NCBI GenBank assembly: GCA_963803705.1
Contig: CAWDNU010000003.1
Location: 192,001-256,000 of the forward strand
Direction: 5' to 3'
From: an uncultured Pseudobdellovibrionaceae bacterium
GTDB lineage: Bacteria; Bdellovibrionota; Bdellovibrionia; Bdellovibrionales; UBA1609
Length of the DNA: 64,000 nt
A program made the position numbers and the translations under genes. Within the stretch, counting starts at the first letter, position 1. Each line of letters begins with the position of its first letter. Shown here in pieces: positions 10,057-19,725 of the stretch. Below the pieces are notes generated by a model. That model was not told the DNA's origin and made no database searches. It worked only from the letters and a program-made list of their open reading frames with translations.

Positions 10057-12423
10057 ATGAAGACTACAAAACTCCTACATTTTAACCAAAAATTACAGGC
10101 AACAATTTTGTTGCTACTTTTGGCTATTTTGTTTTCAGCTTCTAAGTCGTGGGCTCTAGGAGTTGAAAGCCCAGAGCCTGGCGAAGTTCTTTATCTTTCG
10201 GCGGGTATGCCTATACCTGGTTACATATTAGGTCGTGATGGCGATACCTTTACTGTTTCAATTATCGAAGACTATATGTTTGAAGACGGCACTCAGCTTA
10301 TGATGACTGATAGCATTGCACTTTCAAGATACGGTGATGAAGAAGATTCTGCATTGGTTCCCATGATTTTTGTAAAACCAATTAAAAGAAATGGGGATGT
10401 AGATAGCGATCTTACTTTGGCGTTTCCAGCTCAATTTTTAACTAACGAAGCAACTGGTAAAAACCTTTACGATTACGAAGGAATCAAAAGAGATTTTGAT
10501 TCAGAATATTTAAGCGCTAGAGAAAACTACGGTTTGGATGAAGACACCGACTTTGAAACCGAGTCTGTAAAATTATCTGAATACATGAATTATTTAATCA
10601 GTGCTCAGGGTATACAAACTCCAAAATTATATCCTGGTCAATTAACTATGGTGGACTCAAGCTCGACTGCACGAAGAACAACTATTACTGCTGAATCTGA
10701 AGCCGCAAATGAGCAGCCTGAACCATCAGTTGAAAGTAATAAGCCAACAACAGTTGCGACATCAAGAACTTCAACAATCAAACCAGCACAAGTAGCTGAG
10801 GAAACTGATCAAACTACAGGCCAGGCCACAACATTGGTCATTTCACAGCCTTCAGCGGGAGTAACTGAAACTGACTCTATTCCAAACTATAAAACAGATC
10901 CAAGATTTGCCGACCTTATGGAAGTTCGTACAAAAGATGAAGTCACCGACGCCGCGTATAGAGTCCCATTCGTAGCAGAAGATGGATCAGTCACTTACAA
11001 AGTTGTTAGAGCTGACCAGATCGGTGAAGGCCAAAGATTTATTCCAATACCTTGGGATTCTAAGTTAAAGAGAAATAAAAGCACTCAGGCAATTTATCGG
11101 GCTTTTCATAAAGTAAATAGGCAGGGCGACATTACATTAGGCGAGGACAATCAACCAATTATTTTTTACATGCCTCTTGATGACTTAGCCTATGTAGATC
11201 CAGAAACACAAAAGATTATTGACGTCACTAAAACAACAATACTGTCTAGAACTGCAACGCCTAGATCTGAACCAACCCCAAGCACGGTAGCGGACAGTGC
11301 AGGCGCAGCAGAAACCGAAGACGATAGCCAGGAAGAGGGCAGACCAGCTATTGCAGTTCGTTCCAACCAAGTCGACGTTCAAGTTAGTCCGGCAGGACAA
11401 GCAGAAGCCACCCGAAGAGCTGGATCAGATTCACAACCGGCAAATGCTGCAACTCGTAGGTCGACCGGTCAAGACAGATCTTTTTCAGAGTGTCGAAATC
11501 CAGAATTTTTACAAGGTTTAGCTGACGGTGGTGAGAACTGTAAATTGTTCCAGATCGAAAACTTTAGTTTGGTCAAAAGTAGCCTTATCAATCAACTAGG
11601 TCGACCTGCCACAGATCGTTCAGCCCTGATAACCTCAGGTGTAATTGCTATCGATAACTCTAGTAAAATGTGTACGAAAATTAGCATGAGCCATGAAGAT
11701 TATTTAGACGATGCTCAAGCTCAGGAAAAAATTAGCGCTTACAAACAATCTATGAATGAAAGTTACGGCGACATAGCTACATCAATTTTTAGAAACCCAG
11801 GCCGACTAGCTGCTGCCTTTGGTGGCAAGCCTCAACCAAGCAGATACACTTACTCGTGCAACCGTAATCAAAGCGATTGTAGGTTTTCTTATGATCACTA
11901 CACTCCAGAAAGACTTGCACTGGTACAAGAGATAACTAATTTTGCCGACGCATCTGGCATCTCTGAGCAGGTTAAAGTTTATGGTCCTACACAGGACGAT
12001 AAATATCTTTTTGTGCTACAAAAAGGTGGAAGAAATATCAGATCCCTTGTAATCCAAGACAATCCATTTCTGTTGCTGAAAGGTGATGTTGGTAAAGTTA
12101 CTAAGGCTATGAATGCCTTCAAAAAAGAGTTTAGATTTAACCGGCTAAGTCAGATCCAAGCAGAGTTTGATTCACCACGTTTACGAGAATCAAAAAAGGG
12201 ACACTTTCTATCTTCGGAAACAGTCTTGCCAAACGGTCAGGTTAATAACAGAAAAGTCAGGTTGAAGACGCCAGAGTCCTTAAGATTTATTCATGGCTTA
12301 CGCCAAGGTAAAACCTTTTATCAGCTTAATTGCAGTCAAAATTTGCGAACCAGTAGCCAGTCCACCGGTACCCCACCTAATGTTCCCTACGATACCAGTC
12401 GGGCCGTTTTAGGCACTGAATAA
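10057..12423 (+). CDS. Large secreted hypothetical protein with Ser/Thr/Ala-rich linkers
   Basis: Signal peptide (LLLLAILFSASKSWA) after ATG 10057 (track start 9955); no family recognised. Confidence 0.75.
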   Translation: MKTTKLLHFNQKLQATILLLLLAILFSASKSWALGVESPEPGEVLYLSAGMPIPGYILGRDGDTFTVSIIEDYMFEDGTQLMMTDSIALSRYGDEEDSALVPMIFVKPIKRNGDVDSDLTLAFPAQFLTNEATGKNLYDYEGIKRDFDSEYLSARENYGLDEDTDFETESVKLSEYMNYLISAQGIQTPKLYPGQLTMVDSSSTARRTTITAESEAANEQPEPSVESNKPTTVATSRTSTIKPAQVAEETDQTTGQATTLVISQPSAGVTETDSIPNYKTDPRFADLMEVRTKDEVTDAAYRVPFVAEDGSVTYKVVRADQIGEGQRFIPIPWDSKLKRNKSTQAIYRAFHKVNRQGDITLGEDNQPIIFYMPLDDLAYVDPETQKIIDVTKTTILSRTATPRSEPTPSTVADSAGAAETEDDSQEEGRPAIAVRSNQVDVQVSPAGQAEATRRAGSDSQPANAATRRSTGQDRSFSECRNPEFLQGLADGGENCKLFQIENFSLVKSSLINQLGRPATDRSALITSGVIAIDNSSKMCTKISMSHEDYLDDAQAQEKISAYKQSMNESYGDIATSIFRNPGRLAAAFGGKPQPSRYTYSCNRNQSDCRFSYDHYTPERLALVQEITNFADASGISEQVKVYGPTQDDKYLFVLQKGGRNIRSLVIQDNPFLLLKGDVGKVTKAMNAFKKEFRFNRLSQIQAEFDSPRLRESKKGHFLSSETVLPNGQVNNRKVRLKTPESLRFIHGLRQGKTFYQLNCSQNLRTSSQSTGTPPNVPYDTSRAVLGTE

Positions 12424-12490
12424 GAACTGTCTGAAAGCCCAGTTTTTTTAAGAAAACTGTGATTCTTAACTCATCAAAATCTCATTTATA

Positions 12491-12498
12491 GCCGATAA
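12491..12498 (+). promoter_or_regulatory. Sigma28 (FliA)-type -10 element
   Basis: Exact GCCGATAA followed by 7 nt and ATG 12506; the -35 is weak. Confidence 0.5.
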
Positions 12499-12505
12499 TT
12501 GTTCT

Positions 12506-13402
12506 ATGCGATTTTCCCTCGTTTTTTTTATGGTTAGCTTAATTTCCAGCCAAGGTTTTGCACGTGGCATTCTTTGGGGAAGAGGGAACCAACAACAAGC
12601 TAAAACAGAAGCTGGGTACTCGGGATTTTGTGAAAACTGCATCAACAACCGGCCAACAGGTTCACAGCCCTTAGCTCCGATCGATGTTAATTACGTAGGC
12701 GGGAAGGGAACCTTGTCAGAGGCCAGAGCTCACTTTGAACTCTATGCTAGGAACAATGCAGAATGCAGACCTACCGGAAATGAAAAGAAATACGGAATGA
12801 TATCTGATTTAAGCTCAGAAAAAGGAGGAACCGCATTCAATTTATCACATATTGTGGAAGTGGACTCTCAAGGGAAAACTAAAATCGTCGCAAGTTTTTG
12901 GGCTGGCGAGGGTGTTGGTGTCGGAAATGATTGCGGCTCGAATGAATCACCTCACGGGTTTATGAAGATGGGAAGTTCCGATTACAGGCCAGACGTCTAT
13001 AGAACAAACCCAGAAACAGGACAAAGAGAAGTTTCTAAGTGGCCCATGTGTGGTGCAAAAAACCCAGTATTTAATCACAACAGGATTATGCTTCACGGCC
13101 TAGAACGTGGCTTCAACGATAATTTAAGTGAAACTAATGTGGCTCAAAACCCTAACAATCCGATACTGTGCCGAAAGGATGGAAGGGTTATACCCAGGTA
13201 TGCAAGGCTTCACTCCATTGGGTACAGTTCTGGTAATACAACTTTAGGCTGCAAAGGTTTGCAATTAGATATTTGGTGTAAATATGCACCAAGCCTGATC
13301 GGCGGTTGCGCTTATAATTATGATGGTAGTGAAACCCCTGCAATTAGGCGCCTTAAAGGGACTGCTGACAATTCAGCTTCTAAATCTGACTTAGGCTCTT
13401 AA
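12506..13402 (+). CDS. Secreted murein L,D-transpeptidase-like protein (YkuD_2-type)
   Basis: Signal peptide; LHGLERGFNDN and RLHS...GNTTLGC match the LxGLExGFNDN...H...GxSxGC pattern with catalytic His/Cys. Confidence 0.7.
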   Translation: MRFSLVFFMVSLISSQGFARGILWGRGNQQQAKTEAGYSGFCENCINNRPTGSQPLAPIDVNYVGGKGTLSEARAHFELYARNNAECRPTGNEKKYGMISDLSSEKGGTAFNLSHIVEVDSQGKTKIVASFWAGEGVGVGNDCGSNESPHGFMKMGSSDYRPDVYRTNPETGQREVSKWPMCGAKNPVFNHNRIMLHGLERGFNDNLSETNVAQNPNNPILCRKDGRVIPRYARLHSIGYSSGNTTLGCKGLQLDIWCKYAPSLIGGCAYNYDGSETPAIRRLKGTADNSASKSDLGS

Positions 13403-13427
13403 CCGTAAGGCACCTAAAGCAAGTTAT

Positions 13428-13661
13428 TTAGATAAATTTGTAAATCAGTTTTTGGTTTTCGATTGTGAAAAACATTTTATAGCTACCTAGATTTAAGGTT
13501 CTATACTTAAAATTTGTTTTAGTTTTATCTGAGTTATTTTCTGAATTTAGACTTGGTGACGTTTTACTAGCACCCTTATTATGCGATTTAAATTTTCTTA
13601 ACTCATTTAACTTTTTTCTATATTTTAACATAATCTGCGACATCGATCCCTCCTCGGACAT
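13428..13661 (-). CDS. Small basic hypothetical protein (doubtful)
   Basis: 77-aa ORF only. Confidence 0.3.
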   Translation of the reverse strand: MSEEGSMSQIMLKYRKKLNELRKFKSHNKGASKTSPSLNSENNSDKTKTNFKYRTLNLGSYKMFFTIENQKLIYKFI

Positions 13662-13911
13662 AGCTCGTTTGCTAGAACAAAAAGATGCAAGTAGAGATTG
13701 GTATTTTAACTACATTTAGAACGATTGAGACTAAAAGGTGTCCGGAAATTAGACTTTTTTTTTAAGATTGAAATTTTTTTATTTTTGAAAGTAGCACTAA
13801 TATTTTAAAGGCAACCGATTTAAAGCTAAAGAGTTGAAGGGATAGGCACTGCCAACGTCGCAATTGATCCCAAACAGCAAGTCAAAATTTATCTGGAACA
13901 GCTCCTGAAGG

Positions 13912-14040
13912 CGCGTGTGGAATCGTATATTATCGCGTATGGAACCATATATTAACGCGTTAGGAACCGTATATGAAAAGGAATGTGAAGCTGCAGCTGC
14001 ACATTGTTGAATCGCATATGAAAATTATTGGAACTATTAA
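13912..14040 (+). repeat. 22-bp period degenerate tandem repeat
   Basis: CGCGTgtGGAAtCgTATATtAt, CGCGTatGGAAcCaTATATtAa and CGCGTtaGGAAcCgTATATgAa at 13912, 13934 and 13956; weaker units to ~14040. Confidence 0.75.
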
Positions 14041-14104
14041 AGCGAAAAACTTATGCATTTCACATGTGGCCCAGATACTAGGTGTGCTAGAAGCTCCTAT
14101 TTAC

Positions 14105-15880
14105 TTAAACGTTTTTCAACCTTAAGCGAACATTTTCAGGAGTGATTTCAATCAACTCGTCTTCAATGATCCATTCCAAAGCGTGTTCAATCGTAATTTT
14201 TTTAATTGGACTTAATTTTACATGTTCGTCTGTTCCAGAGGCTCTCACGTTGGTAAGTTTCTTTTCTCGACAGACATTAACATTAAGTTCGCCGCCTTTA
14301 TTGTAGTCACCTATAATCATGCCCTTGTAGACCTGAACGGTGCCATCTATAAACAGTGAACCACGATCTTCAAGATTAAATAAAGAGTAGGGGGTTGCCT
14401 TACCTTGACGGTCAGAAACCATGCGTCCCACATATCGTTTTTGGATCTCTCCACGGTACTCATCGTAGCCGTCGTACTGAGCGTTTAGTAAGCCCGTACC
14501 TTTGGTGTCTGTCATAAACTCAGATCGATAGCCGATAAGTCCTCGGGCTGGAATACGGAAAACTGCATTTGCACGGCCATGACCTTTATTATTCATCTCC
14601 ATCAAAATACCTTTTCTCTGCTGTAGTTTCTGGGTGACCGTTCCAAGGTAGCCCTCTTCCACATCAAGATAAACTAAATCGAAGGGCTCTAATTTAACAC
14701 CATTTTCAGTCTTCAGTATCACTTGGGGCTGACTAACCAGGACTTCATATCCTTCCCGGCGCATTTGCTCTAGTAAAATAGCTATTTGCAGTTCTCCACG
14801 AGCAATGACTTTAAATGTATCAGCATTTTCAGTGTCTTCAATTTTTAAAGATAAGTTTGTTAGAAGCTCTTTATCTAGTCGCTCCCTGATTTTTCTGGAT
14901 GTTACAAATTTTCCTTCTTTACCTGCAAAAGGACCATTGTTAACAGACATAAAGATACCGACAGTGGGTTCATCCACATCTACTCTGGGAAGTGGTTTCG
15001 TCACTTCAGTAGACGAAATTGTGTCCCCTATCATGATATCTTCGTACCCAGATAAAACACCGATATCACCTGCATTTAACTCTTTGACCTCGACCTGCTG
15101 GTTGCGGCTGTAAGCTAACACCGACGTTACCTTGTAGCTTTGCAATCGGTTTTCGGTTTGATGAAGACTTAGACGGTCACCTAATTTTACAGAGCCAGCC
15201 TGGATTCTACCAATAGCAAGTCTTCCAACGTAAGGGTTGTAGCCAATGTTCGTAATCAACATCTGAAACGGAGCATTAATATCGACATTCGGTGGTGGCA
15301 CTTCAGAAAGTATTAGATCAAAAAGCTCTTTTAAATTTTCAGCTTCAGGAACTTTTTCAAATTCTTGAGAAGCCTTGCCCTCTCTGGCAATAGCATAAAT
15401 AGTTTTAAAATTAACCTGTTCGTCAGTGGCTTCCAGATCAATAAATAAATTAAAGACTTCATCTAAAACCTCGTCGGCTCTTTGGTCTTTACGATCTACC
15501 TTGTTCACACACAATATAACTTTTTTGTTTTGTGCCAATGCTTTTTTCAAAACAAATCTAGTTTGAGGAAGCGGCCCCTCACTGGCATCTACCAATAAAA
15601 TTGCTCCGTCGACCATATCAAGAATACGCTCAACTTCACCGCCAAAATCACTATGCCCTGGGGTATCGACTATATTTACCTTTACACCATTATATATAAA
15701 AGATGCGTTTTTTGCGGCGATCGTGATTCCACGCTCTCGCTCAAGATCCATAGAATCCATCATTCGCTCTTCAGTGGCTTCGTTATCTCTAAACGCACCA
15801 CTTTGCTTTAGTAAAAAATCAACAAGAGTTGTTTTGCCGTGATCAACATGGGCAATAATCGCAATATTTCTAATTTCCAT
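14105..15880 (-). CDS. typA: Translational GTPase TypA/BipA
   Basis: NIAIIAHVDHGKTT, ERGITI, DTPGHSDFGGEVER, NKVD, KLTNVRASG. Confidence 0.97.
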   Translation of the reverse strand: MEIRNIAIIAHVDHGKTTLVDFLLKQSGAFRDNEATEERMMDSMDLERERGITIAAKNASFIYNGVKVNIVDTPGHSDFGGEVERILDMVDGAILLVDASEGPLPQTRFVLKKALAQNKKVILCVNKVDRKDQRADEVLDEVFNLFIDLEATDEQVNFKTIYAIAREGKASQEFEKVPEAENLKELFDLILSEVPPPNVDINAPFQMLITNIGYNPYVGRLAIGRIQAGSVKLGDRLSLHQTENRLQSYKVTSVLAYSRNQQVEVKELNAGDIGVLSGYEDIMIGDTISSTEVTKPLPRVDVDEPTVGIFMSVNNGPFAGKEGKFVTSRKIRERLDKELLTNLSLKIEDTENADTFKVIARGELQIAILLEQMRREGYEVLVSQPQVILKTENGVKLEPFDLVYLDVEEGYLGTVTQKLQQRKGILMEMNNKGHGRANAVFRIPARGLIGYRSEFMTDTKGTGLLNAQYDGYDEYRGEIQKRYVGRMVSDRQGKATPYSLFNLEDRGSLFIDGTVQVYKGMIIGDYNKGGELNVNVCREKKLTNVRASGTDEHVKLSPIKKITIEHALEWIIEDELIEITPENVRLRLKNV

Positions 15881-16045
15881 GATCTTATTTCTAAGAGAAA
15901 CTCACGGGAAAGCAACCCGAAGTTTAATTAGCCATCGCGTTATAAGTGGGGTGCCTGTGACACCCTTTACTTATCCAAATAGCCAATCTTATAATTAAGT
16001 TCGATCAAGAATTTATCATCGTATTATTTTGCTAGAGGAGCAACT

Positions 16046-17524
16046 ATGGAAACCCAAGAGTTCATGGCCAGTTATACTCAATATGTTCAAGAACATGGGA
16101 TCAATATTATTATTGCAATTGGGGTTCTAGTCTTAGGCTGGGTGTTCTTAAGTTTGATGGTCTACATTTTAAGAAAACATATCCTTCATGCACTTAGGCT
16201 TAACTATTTTTTTGAAAGTATAGCTTTCAAATTGGACGTAGAAAAAATTCTAGCTAGGATTCTATTTTTTGTAGGTTTGCTATTTCTTTTCAAAATCTCT
16301 GCGCAGCTAGCAAATTTGACAGAAATCGATAATTTTTTTGATCACGTCCTAAGCGTTACCGGAAATTTAATTTACTTAGTTGCTCGCGCTATGAGCCCAC
16401 TGATTTTTGCACTTATCGCAGCCTCCATAACTAGAAAAGGTATTTTATTTCTTGGTACTAAATTTAAACTTGATCATCGCATAGGATCCAAGTTGGACGC
16501 TGGGGACGCCGTTACATTTAGTTTTACAAAATCCTTAAGTGAAATGGGTTATGGTATTGTCTTTCTGGTCTTCTTGCCGGCAATTTTATCGGGTCTTGGC
16601 CTTCAAGACATGAGCCAGCCAATCTTATTGATGGTAGAAAATGCTCTTGGATTTATGCCTAAGCTCTTCGGGGCAGCGGTTGTGCTTGGGGTTGGCTGGT
16701 TCGTAGCTAAAATTATAAAAGAAGTCGTTACAGGACTATTGATGTCTATCGGGGCTGACTCTGCGCTGATGAAAATGCAAATGGATCAAGTGACTGGCGG
16801 TGTTAAATTTTCAAAATTGGGTGGTACCTTAGCTTACGCCGTCGTGCTGATACTAGTATTTGTAGAGGCCTTAAAAAAACTAAGTTTAGACGCCATTACT
16901 GATCCTATTGTAGCCGTCTTAAATGAGTTTTTCTTGGCCGTTCCAAACTTGCTTTACGCTGTATTTCTAATTTTTATAACTTATATTGTTGCAACCGTAG
17001 TTCGGCAGATTGTATCCCAGGTTCTAGAAGGGGTCGGTTTTAACCGAGTTCTTACTAAGCTTGGATTTGAAGTTTCTTACACTAAGACGTCGCCCTCACA
17101 AGTTATGGGGTTACTTTCTTTTTATGCACTCATGTTTTTTGCAGTCATCGAAGCCTTGAACCAATTGGGGCTTCATTCTATATCAGAAATTGTTAGAGAC
17201 ATCACAGTTTTTGCTGGTCAAGTTTTGTTCGGTTTAGTAATTTTTGGCGTTGGACTATTTGTAGCAAATATCGTCTCAAAACCTATCCGTTCGTCATCTG
17301 CTCCAAATTCGCATTTGCTTGCTTTTTTAGCCAGAACAGGGATTTTAGTTTTAGTCGGCGCCATGGCCTTAAAGCATATGGGACTCGCTGATGAGATTGT
17401 TAATATTGCCTTTGGCTTAATTTTAGGTTCTCTTGCATTAGCGGCCGGAATTGCTTTTGGTTTGGGTGGTAAAGAAGAAGCAGCCGATGTTGTTAAGCAG
17501 ATCAGGGCTAAATTTAAAGCATAA
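16046..17524 (+). CDS. CmpX/mechanosensitive-channel-like TM-helix-repeat membrane protein
   Basis: Repeated PKLFGAAVVLGVGW and PNLLYAVFLIF units; C-terminal AAGIAFGLGGKE; RBS GAGGAG. Confidence 0.8.
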   Translation: METQEFMASYTQYVQEHGINIIIAIGVLVLGWVFLSLMVYILRKHILHALRLNYFFESIAFKLDVEKILARILFFVGLLFLFKISAQLANLTEIDNFFDHVLSVTGNLIYLVARAMSPLIFALIAASITRKGILFLGTKFKLDHRIGSKLDAGDAVTFSFTKSLSEMGYGIVFLVFLPAILSGLGLQDMSQPILLMVENALGFMPKLFGAAVVLGVGWFVAKIIKEVVTGLLMSIGADSALMKMQMDQVTGGVKFSKLGGTLAYAVVLILVFVEALKKLSLDAITDPIVAVLNEFFLAVPNLLYAVFLIFITYIVATVVRQIVSQVLEGVGFNRVLTKLGFEVSYTKTSPSQVMGLLSFYALMFFAVIEALNQLGLHSISEIVRDITVFAGQVLFGLVIFGVGLFVANIVSKPIRSSSAPNSHLLAFLARTGILVLVGAMALKHMGLADEIVNIAFGLILGSLALAAGIAFGLGGKEEAADVVKQIRAKFKA

Positions 17525-17598
17525 ATTATATATTTGTGAATGGGTGCCCCGATATGAAGTAGACTTTGGGGGCCATTAAAATAAGTATTCTTCAAATT

Positions 17599-18372
17599 TT
17601 ATATTGAAGCCGATTTTCCATTAGAGCTTTTACTTAGTTTTTTATCATTTAAAAGCTGCTCAACAAATTCTTTCTGACGAATTAAGTGAGATGGTAATTC
17701 TGTATTGGGTTTGCTCAGCTGGGCTAAAATTTTCTGAGCATCTTTAAAACGTTGTTGATTAATCAGTAGCCTAACTAGTTCTTCAACCACCGTCCGTTGA
17801 TAAGTCTCGGTGTCTAGACCAACTATGTGAACATAAATCTGTTCGGCTAAATCGTCTCTATCTAACTCTTGCAGTACTTTTGCGTAGTGAAACATCGTCA
17901 GCGGATTATTACCTTCAGTTTTATAATACTTATCAAAAGCAGTAACAGCACCATTATAGTCTTTCATTTGTGATCTTAATAGAGCAAGCTTTTCCCAAGC
18001 CTCTGCAGAGTTTTGCTTTTCAGCCCATTTAGTCATCAAGGCCTCACCTTTGTCGTAGTGGTGGTGTTCGATCGCCATTTCAGAATAAGTTAACAAATCA
18101 TTTGGGGAAGCTAGTTGTGTGATCGATTTAACTTGATAGGGAACAATAGCCAAAGAATCGTTTGCCCATCTTGTGGTGTGCATAAAGCCCAACAGTATAA
18201 AAACGGACACGGACATAATCCAGCGGATCGACCTAGCTTGGCTTTCTCTTTCATATTTTCCTTCATTTGCCGAACCCAACCAACCGCATTCGCAAAGCAC
18301 CCAACCATTTTCGTGGCGCTCTTCTGATATATGAGAGCCACAAACTGGGCATAATCCATATCTTGTCATCAT
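17599..18372 (-). CDS. Zn-ribbon + TM + TPR-like protein
   Basis: CPVC...CECG, one TM helix, helical repeats. Confidence 0.7.
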   Translation of the reverse strand: MMTRYGLCPVCGSHISEERHENGWVLCECGWLGSANEGKYERESQARSIRWIMSVSVFILLGFMHTTRWANDSLAIVPYQVKSITQLASPNDLLTYSEMAIEHHHYDKGEALMTKWAEKQNSAEAWEKLALLRSQMKDYNGAVTAFDKYYKTEGNNPLTMFHYAKVLQELDRDDLAEQIYVHIVGLDTETYQRTVVEELVRLLINQQRFKDAQKILAQLSKPNTELPSHLIRQKEFVEQLLNDKKLSKSSNGKSASI

Positions 18373-18426
18373 AATAAAATCTCCTAGCTATTTCATAAAC
18401 GTACAAACTCACTCGATTAGGTTAAG

Positions 18427-18441
18427 GCAAGGATTAGGCCA
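18427..18441 (-). promoter_or_regulatory. Sigma54 -24/-12 promoter
   Basis: Minus strand TGGC-CTAATCC-TTGC with canonical spacing, 55 nt upstream of the 18372 start. Confidence 0.55.
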
Positions 18442-18712
18442 CGCTCTATGCGATTTTGTTAAGTTTAACGAGCCTATTTTAGAGAATCTACTTTATTAAA
18501 GTGACATTTTTTGTCTCTGTTGACGCCCTCTGTTTCAAAATCTGGGGTTAGGCCTCGTGCCGAAGTAAATTGTCAGTATTTATGTAATTTGAGTTAAGGA
18601 AGCCGCTACGCAGGCATTTATTTGGTAAGGTCCTAGCTATGTCACTGTATTGTGATTTCGGCTATTAACTCTAAACGTTTACTCACTATATAAAAAAAGG
18701 TAGTGTTTTTGG

Positions 18713-19717
18713 ATGTCAGAAAAAAAAAGAATTTTAACTGGGATAAAAGCCACGGGCGTTCACATTGGTAACTGGGTAGGAGCTATTGAACCCGCTTTGG
18801 CCTTGGCAAATGACCCTGCAAACGAAAGCTATTTATTTATTGCGGACTTTCACGCTTTAAATTCCAACCCCAAGCCTGAAGATTTAAAGGCTAAAACCTA
18901 CGAAATTGCTGCGACCTGGTTAGCCCTAGGTCTGAACCCTGAACACAGTTTTTTATACAGGCAATCCGATATCCCAGAAATTTTTGAACTCTCAGTTATT
19001 TTAAACTCATTAACTCCAAAAGGTCTTATGAACAGGGCACACGCTTACAAAGCTCAGGTTCAAGAAAACACTAAAAATGGCAGTGATGATATTGATGATG
19101 GAATAAACATGGGGCTATTTACCTATCCTATTTTAATGACTTCGGATATTTTGGTTTTTAATGCAGATCAAGTTCCTGTCGGTCCAGATAATGTTCAGCA
19201 TTTAGAAATTGCCAGAGACATAGCACAGAAATTTAATAACACTTACGGCGACACTTTCAAGCTGCCACAAGTTTTACTTCCAAAAAAGGTAAAGCTTCTT
19301 CCTGGGTTGGACGGAAGAAAAATGAGCGCTAGTTACGGAAATCATATACCAGTGTTTTTAGACGAAAAAAAGTTGCGTAAACTAATCATGAAAATTGTGT
19401 CAGATTCTACCCCTGAAAACACCCCGAAAGATACAAAAAACAATTTACTTTTTGACTTCTATTCCGTTTTTGCAACCGATGCAGAGATACAAGAAATGAA
19501 AAATAAGTACGCTGCGGGTATCGGCTGGGGTTATGTAAAGCAAGAAATTTATGAAGTCTTAAACAATCGCCTAAAGGGGCCTCGCGAGACCTATAATAAG
19601 CTAATGGCAGATAAGCCCTATATAGACGAGGTACTTTTGAAGGGGGCTAAAATGGCGCGCAAGGTTGCCTCTAAGAATCTAACCGAAGTCCGTTTAAAAG
19701 TGGGTATGACCCGGTAA
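18713..19717 (+). CDS. trpS: Tryptophan--tRNA ligase
   Basis: HIGN, ADFHAL, YPILMTSDIL, VPVGPDNVQHLE, KMSAS. Confidence 0.95.
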   Translation: MSEKKRILTGIKATGVHIGNWVGAIEPALALANDPANESYLFIADFHALNSNPKPEDLKAKTYEIAATWLALGLNPEHSFLYRQSDIPEIFELSVILNSLTPKGLMNRAHAYKAQVQENTKNGSDDIDDGINMGLFTYPILMTSDILVFNADQVPVGPDNVQHLEIARDIAQKFNNTYGDTFKLPQVLLPKKVKLLPGLDGRKMSASYGNHIPVFLDEKKLRKLIMKIVSDSTPENTPKDTKNNLLFDFYSVFATDAEIQEMKNKYAAGIGWGYVKQEIYEVLNNRLKGPRETYNKLMADKPYIDEVLLKGAKMARKVASKNLTEVRLKVGMTR

Positions 19718-19725
19718 TTTGAATT

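Noticed and set aside
18713..19717. trpS as an antibiotic-resistant paralog (KMSAS variant)
   Set aside because: The His of the DxHA motif is retained and there is no biosynthetic or resistance context.
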